From Azolla caroliniana (taxonomy: Eukaryota > Plantae > Polypodiophyta): a stretch of DNA of 64,000 nucleotides. Every line of letters starts with the position of its first letter. Position 1 is the first letter of the stretch. Both the position numbers and the translations under genes were made by a program. The DNA lies in contig JBHGNT010000004.1 of NCBI GenBank assembly GCA_043228905.1, forward strand, positions 186,001 to 250,000, given 5' to 3'. Below the pieces are notes generated by a model that was given only the letters and a program-made list of their open reading frames with translations, did no database searches and had not been told where the DNA came from. Positions 25,507-37,550 of the stretch are shown piece by piece.

Positions 25507-26255
25507 TATGTTAACAAAGAAACAGATAAAAAGATGTAATAATGTGGATGTACAGGTAATTTGTAACCACGATGATAAAGTAGAACTCGGGTTTCCTGAC
25601 CGTAAACTTAACTAGAGTTAGGGTATCCTGACCAAACGACCTTAGCTATGGTTGGGTTTCCTGACCACGAAGCTTTCAATTGTTGGGGTTAGGGTTTTTC
25701 TAGCAACAGATATCGATTAACGTTTCTGTTAATTGACGACACCGATTAATTAGTATTAGGTTTTCTTGGCCAATAATCTTATGGTTTGCATTTCGTGACC
25801 ATGAAGCTCGAATAAGGTTAGGACTTGTCTTCAATTAGGGCTAAGGATTCTACCAATTAGGGTTGAGATTTCTCGCCAGGAAGAATAACAAGTCTTCAGG
25901 GTTTACCTGTTCAGAAATCTAGATTAGGATTAAGGCTTTGTTTCAGCTCTGATAAGAAAAAATATGGTCGGGGGGGGGAGGGAGGGAGAGAATGCTATTG
26001 CTTCACATCAGAGTACAGACAAAACCCTAAAAGCAGAGTCAAAGGTCTTTGCAGCAGAGGTCGAGGTCGAGGCCAAGAGAGAATCAGACCTAAAATCTTT
26101 CATCGGGCGTAGGAAAATGAAGCAAAACTCTTTCTACATTATTAAACATTTAGTGTTTTACAACCTCGAAGTCGTACACAGGAGGCACAGAGAAACATGG
26201 TTATAATGGGGCGTCGCGTCTGCAGGGGACATACTTTCCACAGGCAGGAAATAGG

Positions 26256-26290
26256 TTTAGGGTTAGGGTTAGGGTTAGGGTTAGGGTTAA
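26256..26290 (+). repeat. (TTAGGG)n telomere-like tract
   Basis: About 5 tandem TTAGGG units. Confidence 0.85.
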
Positions 26291-26546
26291 GGAGAGAGGA
26301 GGGCTAGGTAGGATATCATGAGTCATGAGTGCCTTTAGATTGCAGAGTAGATAGAGTAGATTTTTTGTGTTGCCCACGTGATAGGCTGTATGAAGGTAAG
26401 GTTGGTCTCATCTACTGATTGACACCCATGGACGTACTTTCTTGCACTCTGGGTGGGGATTAGGGTTAGGGTTGTTAGGCTTAGGCTTAGCACGCATTTG
26501 GAGTGGAGAATGCATATTTTCTTACTCATAGGAATTAAGATTAGAA

Positions 26547-26590
26547 TTAGGGTTAGGGTTAGGGCTAGGGCTAGGGCTAGGGCTAGGGCT
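26547..26590 (+). repeat. (TTAGGG)3(CTAGGG)4 tract
   Basis: Read directly from the sequence. Confidence 0.85.
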
Positions 26591-27952
26591 CCATTTGGAT
26601 TGGTTTGGAGGCTTGGGTGCCTCAACGGAACAATGGACATGGGTTGGGACCGAGATTCGCCCTTCGAGAAGTTTTTGTGGGGCAATGATGGGTTCCACTA
26701 GGACACGCCTATCCCGTCGTCAATCGCAAGAACCCACCCCAAATGAAGAGACTGTCTGAGTGAATGATCTTGATCACCTTGGGAGGAGAAGACTTTAGGT
26801 GAACCATGTTCATGTTTTGTGGAATTGTGTGTGGATGATAATCACGTTGGTCGATCACGATTTCATGCGTTATGGTATTCATGAAGGACTTATTCTTTAG
26901 AAATGACTACAACATTCTTATGCTTCCATTTAGTTAATTTTGGTTTCCATTGGTTCATAATCACTAGCTTATTTTGTTAGATTAGCTTGCAATCATTCAC
27001 ACTAGACTTCGAAAGAGTAAGTGCCTTATGCCCTCCACATAAACTCGACAATCATAATTGCATTACATGAATATGAAAATCTTGATTCTGAAATTTTCAT
27101 AGCAAGTCATCAATAATCCTTTGCTTTATCTTTGTCACCAACAATATAATTTAGATGCCTAATATGAAAACAAGGACAAAGAGGAAGTCGAAGAAATCTT
27201 AGTCAAGTGACTCAACATCAATTATAATCAGGGACATGACATGATCAATCACTTTAACTAGGATCATGATTCAATGTCAATCACCTAAACAACCTAGGGG
27301 GGAAAATAAAGACAAATGAAAAGTACCTTGCATCAGTCCACGAAATGTACCAAAAGATTTGTACTTAATGATTGGATATGGAAATCTCCCTTGGACAACA
27401 AAGATAATGCATTCTTGGCGCCTCTTGTGTGTTTGATCAAGAACGAGTTGTGCATGGTATTTATGTCGGGCCATGTATGTTTTAACATTATCTACATATT
27501 ATTAGATTACTAGAATATTGTATAGATCTACAACAAATATTTGATGTTCAATTTAGAAAAACCAAGGGTGTTATTGCTTTACAATACTTATAGTTGCCAA
27601 GACAATGATGATGTTCTTTTCTCAGAACTAGAAACAATGCATAGGAGCAAAAAAGCATAATGCATCAATGATTGTAAATTTCACCACTTAATTGAAGAGG
27701 ATAAGTACTCAAATTGAACTATGATAAGTTGCTTTGATAGGAACAATTTAGTAGTTGTCAACTACCAAAAATAATGATAATCTTAATCTCTATATACAGA
27801 GCTAATGCATCAACTAAATAGGAGCCATTTATGGCGGCACTATGATTCAACCGGAAAAGTTGAGTCGAGTATAATAGGGTGGTTTGCAAGTCCTTGAGGA
27901 AAGCACTGAATATGTTGGACAAACCCCAACTTTCATTCCAATTACATGTAGC

Positions 27953-28068
27953 GATCATGTTAGAGCTCATATCCACTAAACATTAAACATTATAAAAATC
28001 AAACAAAGATCATGTTAGAGCTCATATCCTCTAAAAAAAACATTAAACATTATAAAAATCAAACAAAG
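27953..28068. repeat. ~57-bp direct tandem duplication
   Basis: 'gatcatgttagagctcatatcc...cattaaacattataaaaatcaaacaaaga' occurs twice. Confidence 0.8.
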
Positions 28069-29344
28069 AAGTTTGGACTCCAGAGACCAAGTGCGAAGAA
28101 TGTACGGATCTTGTGGTTTTAACTTTCCCGTTTCACCACTCTAAAACTCATTGTAGCACTGCACTCAAATACTTTAAATGATTTTAAATTGACAAATGAT
28201 GTATACCCACAAGAAAGATGTATGATATGTTTGGTAAGTGTTGAAACATGTGTATGTGTGTACTCTAGATTGACACACCAATATTTTATCAAATTTCGAT
28301 ATGGTGTTTGATGAATCCCAACCAATGTTCGAGTGGTGGTGAGGCACGCAGATTGAAATTTTGATTTTGGCGATTGAAATTCCCTATAAAGGTAACCAAG
28401 TGCAATCGAATGAATTATATTGTATTCTACATTCATTCAGAATTATTGTGTGTATTCTATATTCAGTCTTGACGCGCGAAAAGTACCTGATCCCATCAAA
28501 TATATATATATATAATGAAACTTAGTACAATAGACAAGCCCATCCATAGGTATAATACACATAAGTAGGGAAGCATTACAACAAAAATGAAAAAAAAATT
28601 AAGTTTGCGATATAAAATAGTCCAAAGTGCAGTAAAGAGTTATCAATGTTTCTGACACTACTACTGTGGAGTAAGGCAGGCCATCAATATTTTCTCCCTC
28701 CCTTCCTGAAAAAGAAAGGATATGCACATTTTCAAATGCCAAACATCATTAATGTCAATTAACCCTCTGCAAGTAGAAAATTCATGCACACAAGCAAAAA
28801 ATTGAGACGTGTCAGCACTCAAGGGTTTGTTTTGGGAATATGTGAGCATGTTTGGTTGATCACAGGGCTAGACATGCTGGGACAAACAAAACATTCACAA
28901 CACGTTCACACACTAACGAACACACATGCTTCCCGTTGCACAAAAAGCAGTCTTTCTATATCCAAGTGCTACTTACTACATGATTGGTTTCATGTATCGA
29001 GATACTGCTTTGTACATTTCCTTGGTCACATGTCTAAACTTGTAGATTAAAACGACTTTACTTGGCTATTTCACTTGTAGGTATAAGGTTTCCCATTGCT
29101 CTCAAAGTAGTCAACAGTATATTCAAATTCTAGTAGTACATGCTTTGCAATTACTCTAAAAGTAGTCACAATATAGAAGACCTACTCATAGTTAGTACAT
29201 TACTTCCGTTGCCTGGAAACTAATACAGGCATACAAGTAATTTCTAGTTAGCACTTCCAAGCTGGAGCTCCAACGAACTTTCCAAACAGTTGGAGCCAAA
29301 ATCTTAGATGATGTGAAAGTAAAATGCTCAGAAAGCCCCCATGT

Positions 29345-30769
29345 TTAGCTTTGTATACCACAATGTTGGATTCCTTCAATTAAAAAGAAACCAAATCTGG
29401 GAATTGTTTGTAATGCCATATCACGAAGATCATCTGCCGTAGTCATAGTCCACCCATTCTTTGCCTAGAAAAGGATGAAGCAATATATCATTGTCAACCA
29501 CTGCAACATCCAAGCTAGTTGTGAATGTTTAATCAAATGCTTACAATTTACCTCAACCACTAGAGTGTTTAAGATGTGGTCATCCACGGACGTGAGGTTG
29601 GCATTCAATATTTTGATCTCGAGAGCTTCAAGGGCACGGGTTAACTGAACCAAGATCCCAGGGGTCTTTTTGCACTGAATCCGGAAATGGTAAATGCGGT
29701 CCTCCATCTTAGAAACATCCAACTGTTCCAAACCCAAAACTCATTGTTGAGACACAATCAAAAAATTCTTCGCATTTGTTTCAAACACCAAGTTCATGCA
29801 ATCAACGAGCCATGAGATAAGGACATGAAAATGGTAGTGATTGCTTATTGTGTACCATGTCTATTTATGCATTTCTATAACACAATATAATCTTTGGAAT
29901 GTATGTTGGTACACTAAATTTTAATCCTGGATAAGTTTGGAATGAGGAAAATACAACATGGAAGTGGTATCATAAGCTCTACCTACATGCCGTGTAAGAG
30001 AATCAAATGTTGAATCAAAAGGAAGGGGGTTCTTTCCTGAATCATAGGCATACTAAGATGACTGGCCACCAAAATCTGTAAATGAATACATTCAACAAGA
30101 AAAGGCATACATACAGCTGTTATTTGATATTTTTGTATCGTTTTAGCATTCACATGTTTGATATCTTTATGCTCTCGCGTCTTCTCCTCGTTCAAATGTT
30201 CGATGTCTTTCTTAGGTTGACCCTCTTTCTGAGACTCTAGGTCAGCAATATCTGCTTGTATTTCAGACACCTGCTTCTGGAGCTCACGTACATACTCTAT
30301 GGCATCACTGACAATAGAAGCTTTGTCCATCTGCCCATGTGAAAGCATATCAAGGATCATTATACCAATAAAATGCATACAATACACCAATGTGCATACA
30401 AGGGCGTGGATGCATGTCATGTCAATTACATGTATCTCTATGCATTTGTAGGAATACACATACCATGTACATGTATATCAAGTATATGTACACGTTCAGA
30501 TTGTCTTATCCAGATGTACGCATATATTGCCATGACCTTACCAAAAGCCTCATATCATGTGGTATATAGGTAAATGCTTTTTTAAACACAACTAACCAGT
30601 GCTCATTTCTAGAAATGATGAATACATAGACATGGTACAGGTGACACGTTCACCAGATGCATCCATTCACCTCTTTTTTGCAACTTTATGGCTATGCATG
30701 CATGAAGGTGTGTATATATTGCACATAATGTAAGCATATACGTTCATACACACACACACACACACACAT

Positions 30770-30826
<57 letters not shown>

Positions 30827-31337
30827 TACATACATACATACACTGAAAACAAACCTGTTCACAAAAGTGGCAGCCCATATATGTCAGGATGGAGGTATGT
30901 ATGCAACTTGTATGTGGGTATAAATACATGGGTATGAATTCATATAAAGTGCAGAGCTAAAAGAATCTCTGTGTATATAATGCATGTGAATTGTATGTAT
31001 GAATGTGTGAGATAATATGTGTATGTATGTGTGAGATAGGATGTATATGGTGATGTACCTTGCTGATGTTTGGAACAATGGCTCTAAGAGAGTAGAGCCT
31101 CTGGTTCAACCTCTTCCTCCGCCTCCGCTCCGACACAAGGTTCTTGGACGACAACCCCTTCCGCTTACCACCACCTGACCTGCCGTCGCCGCCATCATCG
31201 CCATCGTAATCATCGTCCATGACGTCACTGGTGCCAGAGGAGTCATGGAAATGCTTGAGAATATCAATATCAGGAAATGGGGTGAGGCCAGTCGTAGGGT
31301 TAGGGTTAGGGTTAGGAGAGAGCTCCTCACGGGCCAT
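29345..31337 (-). CDS. bHLH transcription factor with C-terminal ACT-like domain (group III, DYT1/AMS/FIT-like); exons 31337-31059, 30330-30115, 29722-29552, 29464-29345
   Basis: [30 protein letters not shown]|[21 protein letters not shown], then [22 protein letters not shown]. All joins are GT-AG and in frame. A splice acceptor at 31383 suggests a further upstream exon, so the start may lie further 5'. Confidence 0.9.
30746..30843. repeat. Compound (CA)n/(CATA)n microsatellite in bHLH intron
   Basis: Read directly from the sequence. Confidence 0.9.
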
Positions 31338-32269
31338 GGATGGTTGAGGAGGTGGTTGTGGAAACGTTGTGGCTATGGTGTCCTGCAGACTAAAGAAGCA
31401 GAAGAAGCAGAAGAAGAAGAAGAAGAAGAAACAGGGGAGGAGTATGTGTGAAGGAATCCCATGAAAGTGAAGATTTATATAAAAAAGAAATGTAGTGGGT
31501 ATTATATTATCCATTTTACCTTTTTTAGCTAAAAAGAGAAGCTTACTATGATTTAAACTTTACATTATCCATCATCCCATCTCCTTTTCTCTTTTTCCTC
31601 TTCTTGTCTCTTCCACATCCTACTACTACTACTTACTACCTACATACATATGAACTACTAAGTTCTACCCTACTACTCCTACTATTAATACCACTACTAC
31701 TTGTAGTGTGGTGCCATTGGTGGGTGACTTCACGCAAACTTATCTTCTGGGTTTCCCTCTCCCTCTTCCCGAATCATCATCCTTATCCAACGTTCGTCTC
31801 GAGTCTCGACCCCCCTAACGTGCGGCGTGATAGATAGGTTTCCGTTAGAAAAACCACTTGTCTTCTTCCAGTTTATCGGCAGTCTTCCTGGCCCTCACAT
31901 CTACCTCCCCTCTCTGTTAATGTTGGATCATCATGTCTTGAATTTGTAGGCATCCCATCCCCTTCTATGAGTGACATCAAGCCATCTGTCGCTATCCTCA
32001 ATAATGTCTCGTGATAACCTTTGTCACCCTGAACCAATTGCCTTTTCTCTTATTTCCCCTCCCCTCATCTTTCTTAAGAGCACTAGTATGAGATCACACA
32101 TAGGTATGTATTTGTGTTGCATCTCTAAGTAGACTTTGTATAGTTTAGACACTTCGTTGTGTGTTGAAGACATTAGAAAACTCTCCCTTTCTCCTCCTTG
32201 AACAAAGGAGTTGCACTTATCAATACATACTTGGATATCATTCCTATGTCCACCATTTGCACCATTGTT

Positions 32270-32560
32270 GTAGAATACTTAGCAAAAAATATGCGTAGAA
32301 TACGTATGCTAAGTATTCTAAAACAATATCTGTAAATACTTAGAATACATTAAACACTTCTTAAACTTTAAAGGACTTTTTTCAAAAATAAATAAATAAA
32401 TTTTAAATGATAAATTATTGTTAAAATACATAGAATACGTCAAAATTTTGGAATACGTAGGATACGTCAAATTTTTAAAAACGGCAATTCTAAAACGTAG
32501 AATACATGTAGAATACTTCAAAATATTCCAAAACGTATTTTAAACATAGAATACGTGTTT
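32270..32560. repeat. Hairpin plus dispersed AGAATAC(GT) motif array, possible DNA-transposon terminus
   Basis: 14-bp inverted repeat TAGAATACTTAGCA/TGCTAAGTATTCTA and repeated (A)GAATAC motifs. Confidence 0.45.
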
Positions 32561-33444
32561 TTTAACAACTATGATTTGCACCATTGTTAGAGAGGGAGAC
32601 CAGACTCCATTGTGACACCCATTGTAAGTAGTGTTTTTCACACCTTTACTAGTATACTTGTGTGTTTTCACCAGAAAGAAAGATATATTCACGTCTTCTA
32701 AGACCAAATTTGGCACATGAGACAATTGGTTTACAACAAAAATGGGGTATTTACCCATTCATCGAAAGTAAAAATAAAATAAAATAGAGCTTAAGCTAAA
32801 CAATTCTAGTAAAAAAACATGTTCTATAAGGAAGTGGATTTATACTAGGCCTAGTTTCACTTCCATCCAAGTTTTTCAAAAAGAAGCGGGAGGTCAAAGG
32901 GTTTTGATGTGGATGTGGCATGTGGTCCCAATGTAAAAGGTACCCCAACCATAGCTCACGTTCCCTTATCTTCTTAATCGTTTCTACTCCACATCAAGTT
33001 GCTTTGAAGCCCAACATCCAAGGGCGTTTCGTTGTTCTTTGCATTTTTGCTTCATCAAGAGAGAGGCTTGAGTGGTGTAGGTGGGTTCACATTCATCATC
33101 TTCCCTTCTTCCTGAAAAATTACATTAGTTACATGTTGGTGAATATTAAAAGGGTTATGGTTAACACTTTGTAATTTATTCTCCCTATGTTGTTTTAGCT
33201 CTAAGATATACCTATCTAGTCTCTTTATATCCAGGGTATCTAATAGTTTGGAGAGGGTCCTAGTATGTCTTGGTATTTTGCCCTTATCTTGGCATAAGTT
33301 GGACACTTGCATGTAAAGTGATACTCATCCTCTATCTTGATGTGACATAACCTACATAGCCTTTCCTCTTTAGGGACTCTATTAGCACAATCATTCTCAA
33401 TCTCAATTGGTGAGATGATATCCTAAGTTGCCCAATGGCCACCC

Positions 33445-34200
33445 ATAGAGAGAGAGATTCTATTATCATTTTCGGAGGTCAATTATGACCCATGAGACCA
33501 AAAATATTACATTTCACGTGATACATGTGAAATTGAGTAGTGACCCTCAATGTTCAAGAATTTTACCAATGAATATTGCAATCGAGAGTGCACATTGTGG
33601 TTGTGAGAGAAATTTGTGCAAGGATTGGGTTTGGTCGAAGATGTGTGGAAAGCATGGATGAATATGATCACTTGTGCCCAAACGCCCCATCTCACATTGC
33701 AATTCATGTGAGTTAAGTCGCATGGAAGCAATGGTTCAAATGTTTGACAATGGGATGAGCTCTAAGATGTATCAATGTGTACGGTTTCCACAAAGAATAT
33801 GGTTTTGTAATTAGGTGCAACATGTGTAATATAATGTGTGAAGCATGAGCCTCCATATTTGTCCCATGTCATGATACATTGATGTTGCAAAAAGGCCTCA
33901 TTTACAGATGAATCTAGTGACGCATCATGAATGAAGTGTGTTGCATTCCGTCTACCAAACCAGTTTGCCATATTGCTGCATCCAACTGGAACACAAAAAT
34001 TTGCTTTTATGCGTGTTTTGGATCTTTTTGCTTGCTTCCCATGCAATTCTAGGAAGTTGATGTGAGGAATTTTTTTGAACCTTAAGCAAGTATTCAATAA
34101 CCCTTTCCATGGCCATGATCTCAAAGGAAAGTGATCCTGTCTCAAGGAGGAGGGTGTATGTCATTTGTTTCGTAACTTGTAGAAACACACTTTATTGGAG
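33445..34200 (-). mobile_element. RTE/RTEX-like LINE 3' fragment
   Basis: Reverse complement matches the 49265-49705 copy, including the 3' end 'ggtcataattgacctccgaaaatgataatagaatctctctctct'. Confidence 0.75.
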
Positions 34201-36499
34201 ATTAGTCATTGTTCTTAAATATAAAAGAAAAGTAATATGTAGTGTAGTCTCCATGTGATGATGTGGCCACCATCTATAAGTATTTTGTATGATTGATAAT
34301 AACTAAAACATTGTCACTCATACGTGCCTACTATAAGGTAGAACCCAAGTAGTGAAGAATGTCTATCTCCATTCCACAAACAATAGTGGAAGTAGGTCAT
34401 TAACTTTTATTGGGGTGGATAAACTCACTCCATCTTATAACTAATGTTTCTTATGTATATTGTGCCTTGTAAAGAAGTATCTCTGAGCATCAAATTCTCC
34501 CCAATGGTTCACAATATAATACATGAAATTATGTTATACGTAGTGTGGTAATGATGGTCATTGGATCTCCAAAAGACGACAATTTATCATTTATCTTTGA
34601 GCATAAATAAGGGGGCCAACAACAACATTCTAATTGCACATCGAGGATAGTCATAGAAAGAGTACATGTGCCTCATAGCACACGATCGTCATATGTGGTG
34701 TTATTTGGATAAACTTCATGGTGTGCACAATCACTATATATAGGGAATTTTGGTGAGCAATGATAGTTACATAATTCGACCTATTTTGAATGATGGATGT
34801 AATTAGCGTGAAAGAAATTGCAAATGCAAAGGATTGAAGCCCTAATGCTGAGGTTATTATTACAATTATCGTTAAAAGCAAAAATGCCTAAGTTGCTTGC
34901 AAATTTTAGATCCATAAATTGGAGCATTTCATCATGGACTTGCCTTATCGTCATTTCTGTACTAGTTTAATAAAGATCCAACACTAGAAAAAAAACTTTC
35001 ACGAGGTTGTGATTGTGGTGTCCAATGAAAGCCCTACACTCACGAGTCAGGATAAAGGAAGTACTCTTCAGTCTTCACGTATCCATGCAAGTACTCTTTG
35101 CAAAAGTAAAAAGGGAAACAAGAGGGACAATGCCTACATTTACAAAGATACCTATTTGGAAATTCCAAATATACCAGACACACATAAAGGAAAAGCAAGT
35201 TTTCATTACATGCACACACACACTCATCTTATTGAATTAACATTCAAGAAAATTGTGCCATTAAACTTATTTACATTCTCAACACCATAATCTAGTGTAT
35301 TCTTACTTGGTTGTAATTCTTACTTTAGCTTCAAATCGTTTTTAGGTAGTTCAGAATACTTTTGGGTAATTTGCTAACGTAAGCTTTGTGATATATTTCT
35401 ACCGCTTCCAACCAAAAAGTAAAAACAAGTTTATAACAAGGCAGTCATTCAAGTTGAGATCGAATAAAGGCAAGTATAGCTTATCCAATAATGCAAGTTG
35501 ACTTCAACGTGAACAGTTGATAGGGGAAAAGCAAACTAACATTTGAAGAGAAATTCATTATTGGAATTTTTTAGGAGGCAATTTTGGTAAGATCATTTGT
35601 GGAGACCCGATAGTTATTTGTTGGTAAGCGAAAAGAGGAAAATGGTCCTCATTTTGTGGCCCATGACTACCAAGTAGTTCAACCGAGTCCACTTCTACAT
35701 CTTTAGATATTATCGCACCAATGTGAGCATTCAAAAATTGGTGGAAAATCAAGATTATATCACTTATAGACATAACTCAATGCGTTTCTAGAGAGATATC
35801 TGGAAATCAAATAATCTTGGAATCTTCATGAAGTGGATTCTTAGGTCATGAACTCTAGGCAAATCAAGAGGTTTGGTGGAAGTCCCCAATATTTTTATTT
35901 TAGTAATAAAATACTAGTAATGGAAATTTAATACATTTCCCCACTATCTATGAAGCATTGTATGAAGTATTAGGAAGTGATTATACACTAATTAGCCTTA
36001 CTAAGGTTTAACAAAGTTAATATTCTAGAAATTAATGTGATTCACCCTAGGCGAATCTTCATTGGGTATGTATGGTTGTACACATTATTGTCCAACCATA
36101 TTCTATTACCAAATATATTTGCAACCATATTCTATTACCAAAATTATTGTGCAAGAAAATAATTTTCTCTTACATAATTGGCTTTAAACATGATTGTACT
36201 CATGTTAATTACTTCCTTAACTATTATTGTGAGCATCCATTCACAATTTCCTCACACTTCTTTTATACCCTACTATCATAGGCCATATTGTTTCTCACCC
36301 TTGGGTCCAAACCGACCTATTTCAATAGATGACCCTTGGTATTTAGGGGTTGAATCAAAGTCATGCGAGTCTTTTTTGGAAAGAAGAAGAAGAAGAAGTC
36401 ATGCGAGTCTACATCACACATGCCCACACCAACTATCTCTATCTCTAAACCTTATTTCCAAAGTGAATCCATGCACCACAAACCAAAGGAACCAACAAT

Positions 36500-37550
36500 G
36501 TGAAGAACATTAAATTCAAAAAAAATTGCACTAACATTAACCAACCATGTTGAGACAAAATTTACCACATGTTGTCATTCCCATGCCATTCAAAGCTAGA
36601 GGGACAAATCACTCCTCCAAATCCATGTTCATGTTAGCGTAAAGAGAGTTCATTTCCATATCGTTTGCAAACCAAAAATGAAGGGCAAGGAGCACCTCAC
36701 GTTATGATGCAAATGTTGCTTAGAAAAATGTGATGAAATAAAACAAGGTCACATACAAGAGAATGCCGGCAAAGACTTATGGAAGCAAGGAGTTAGAATC
36801 TAGGATGTACTTGTGAGTGTGATTTACCATAGTTTGCTTCAACATAATGAATGCAATACCAACCGAATTTGTCTAAGTTGTGATATATATCCATTATTCA
36901 AGGTTTTGCTTTTGTGCATCCTTTGAACACTTTTATTTGTTCAAAAACATCTAGAAGTTGGTGCAACGTTTTTTTAAAATCTTATGCATGTTATAGATCA
37001 ACCCTCTTCATTCTCATGAATCATGATTATCGGAAATGATTGTATCTCAACTAGGAGCATGTCCCACCTTTCTCTCTTGACTTCAACCAACTTCATAAAT
37101 AAGCATATGGCACATTTTTAAACTCATTCCAAATGGCGTTAAAGGTGCTATGATCACCAAACATCAACTCCATAGAGCAATATTGGAAAGCCAAAAAGTA
37201 ACATGCATTTCTTTGAACCAAACATTCGGTTTCTCCCACATTCTATGTGTTCTTGACATTGATTTGGAAGCTTGTTTTCCCATTTCCAAGGGAGACATAT
37301 AAGATTTTTTTTGTTTGTTAAGAATTCGAAAGAGACTCAATGTCAACATATCTCCATTGCATTTAATGCAAGAGTGAACAAAGCCAAATTTGAGCTTGAT
37401 TTCTCAAGAGTGCAAAAGCCAATAGTTGTGCTTGATATTTCAAGAATGTTGATGGTGTGGTTGAGATTGATCCTTAAATATGTTGGAGAATTTCTGTCTA
37501 GTTCATGATATATAATCAATTGGAAGGAGAATCCTCCAATAGTCACTTAG
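36500..37550 (-). mobile_element. Highly degenerate RTE-like LINE remnant
   Basis: Minus strand reads KKCMLLFGFPILLYGVDVW, resembling the post-RT 'P.LLYG.E.WG' motif. Boundaries are approximate. Confidence 0.45.

Noticed and set aside
30667-30929. Cys/Val-repeat ORFs, and similar ORFs at 26335-26701 and 49108-49416
   Set aside because: They are translations of microsatellites.
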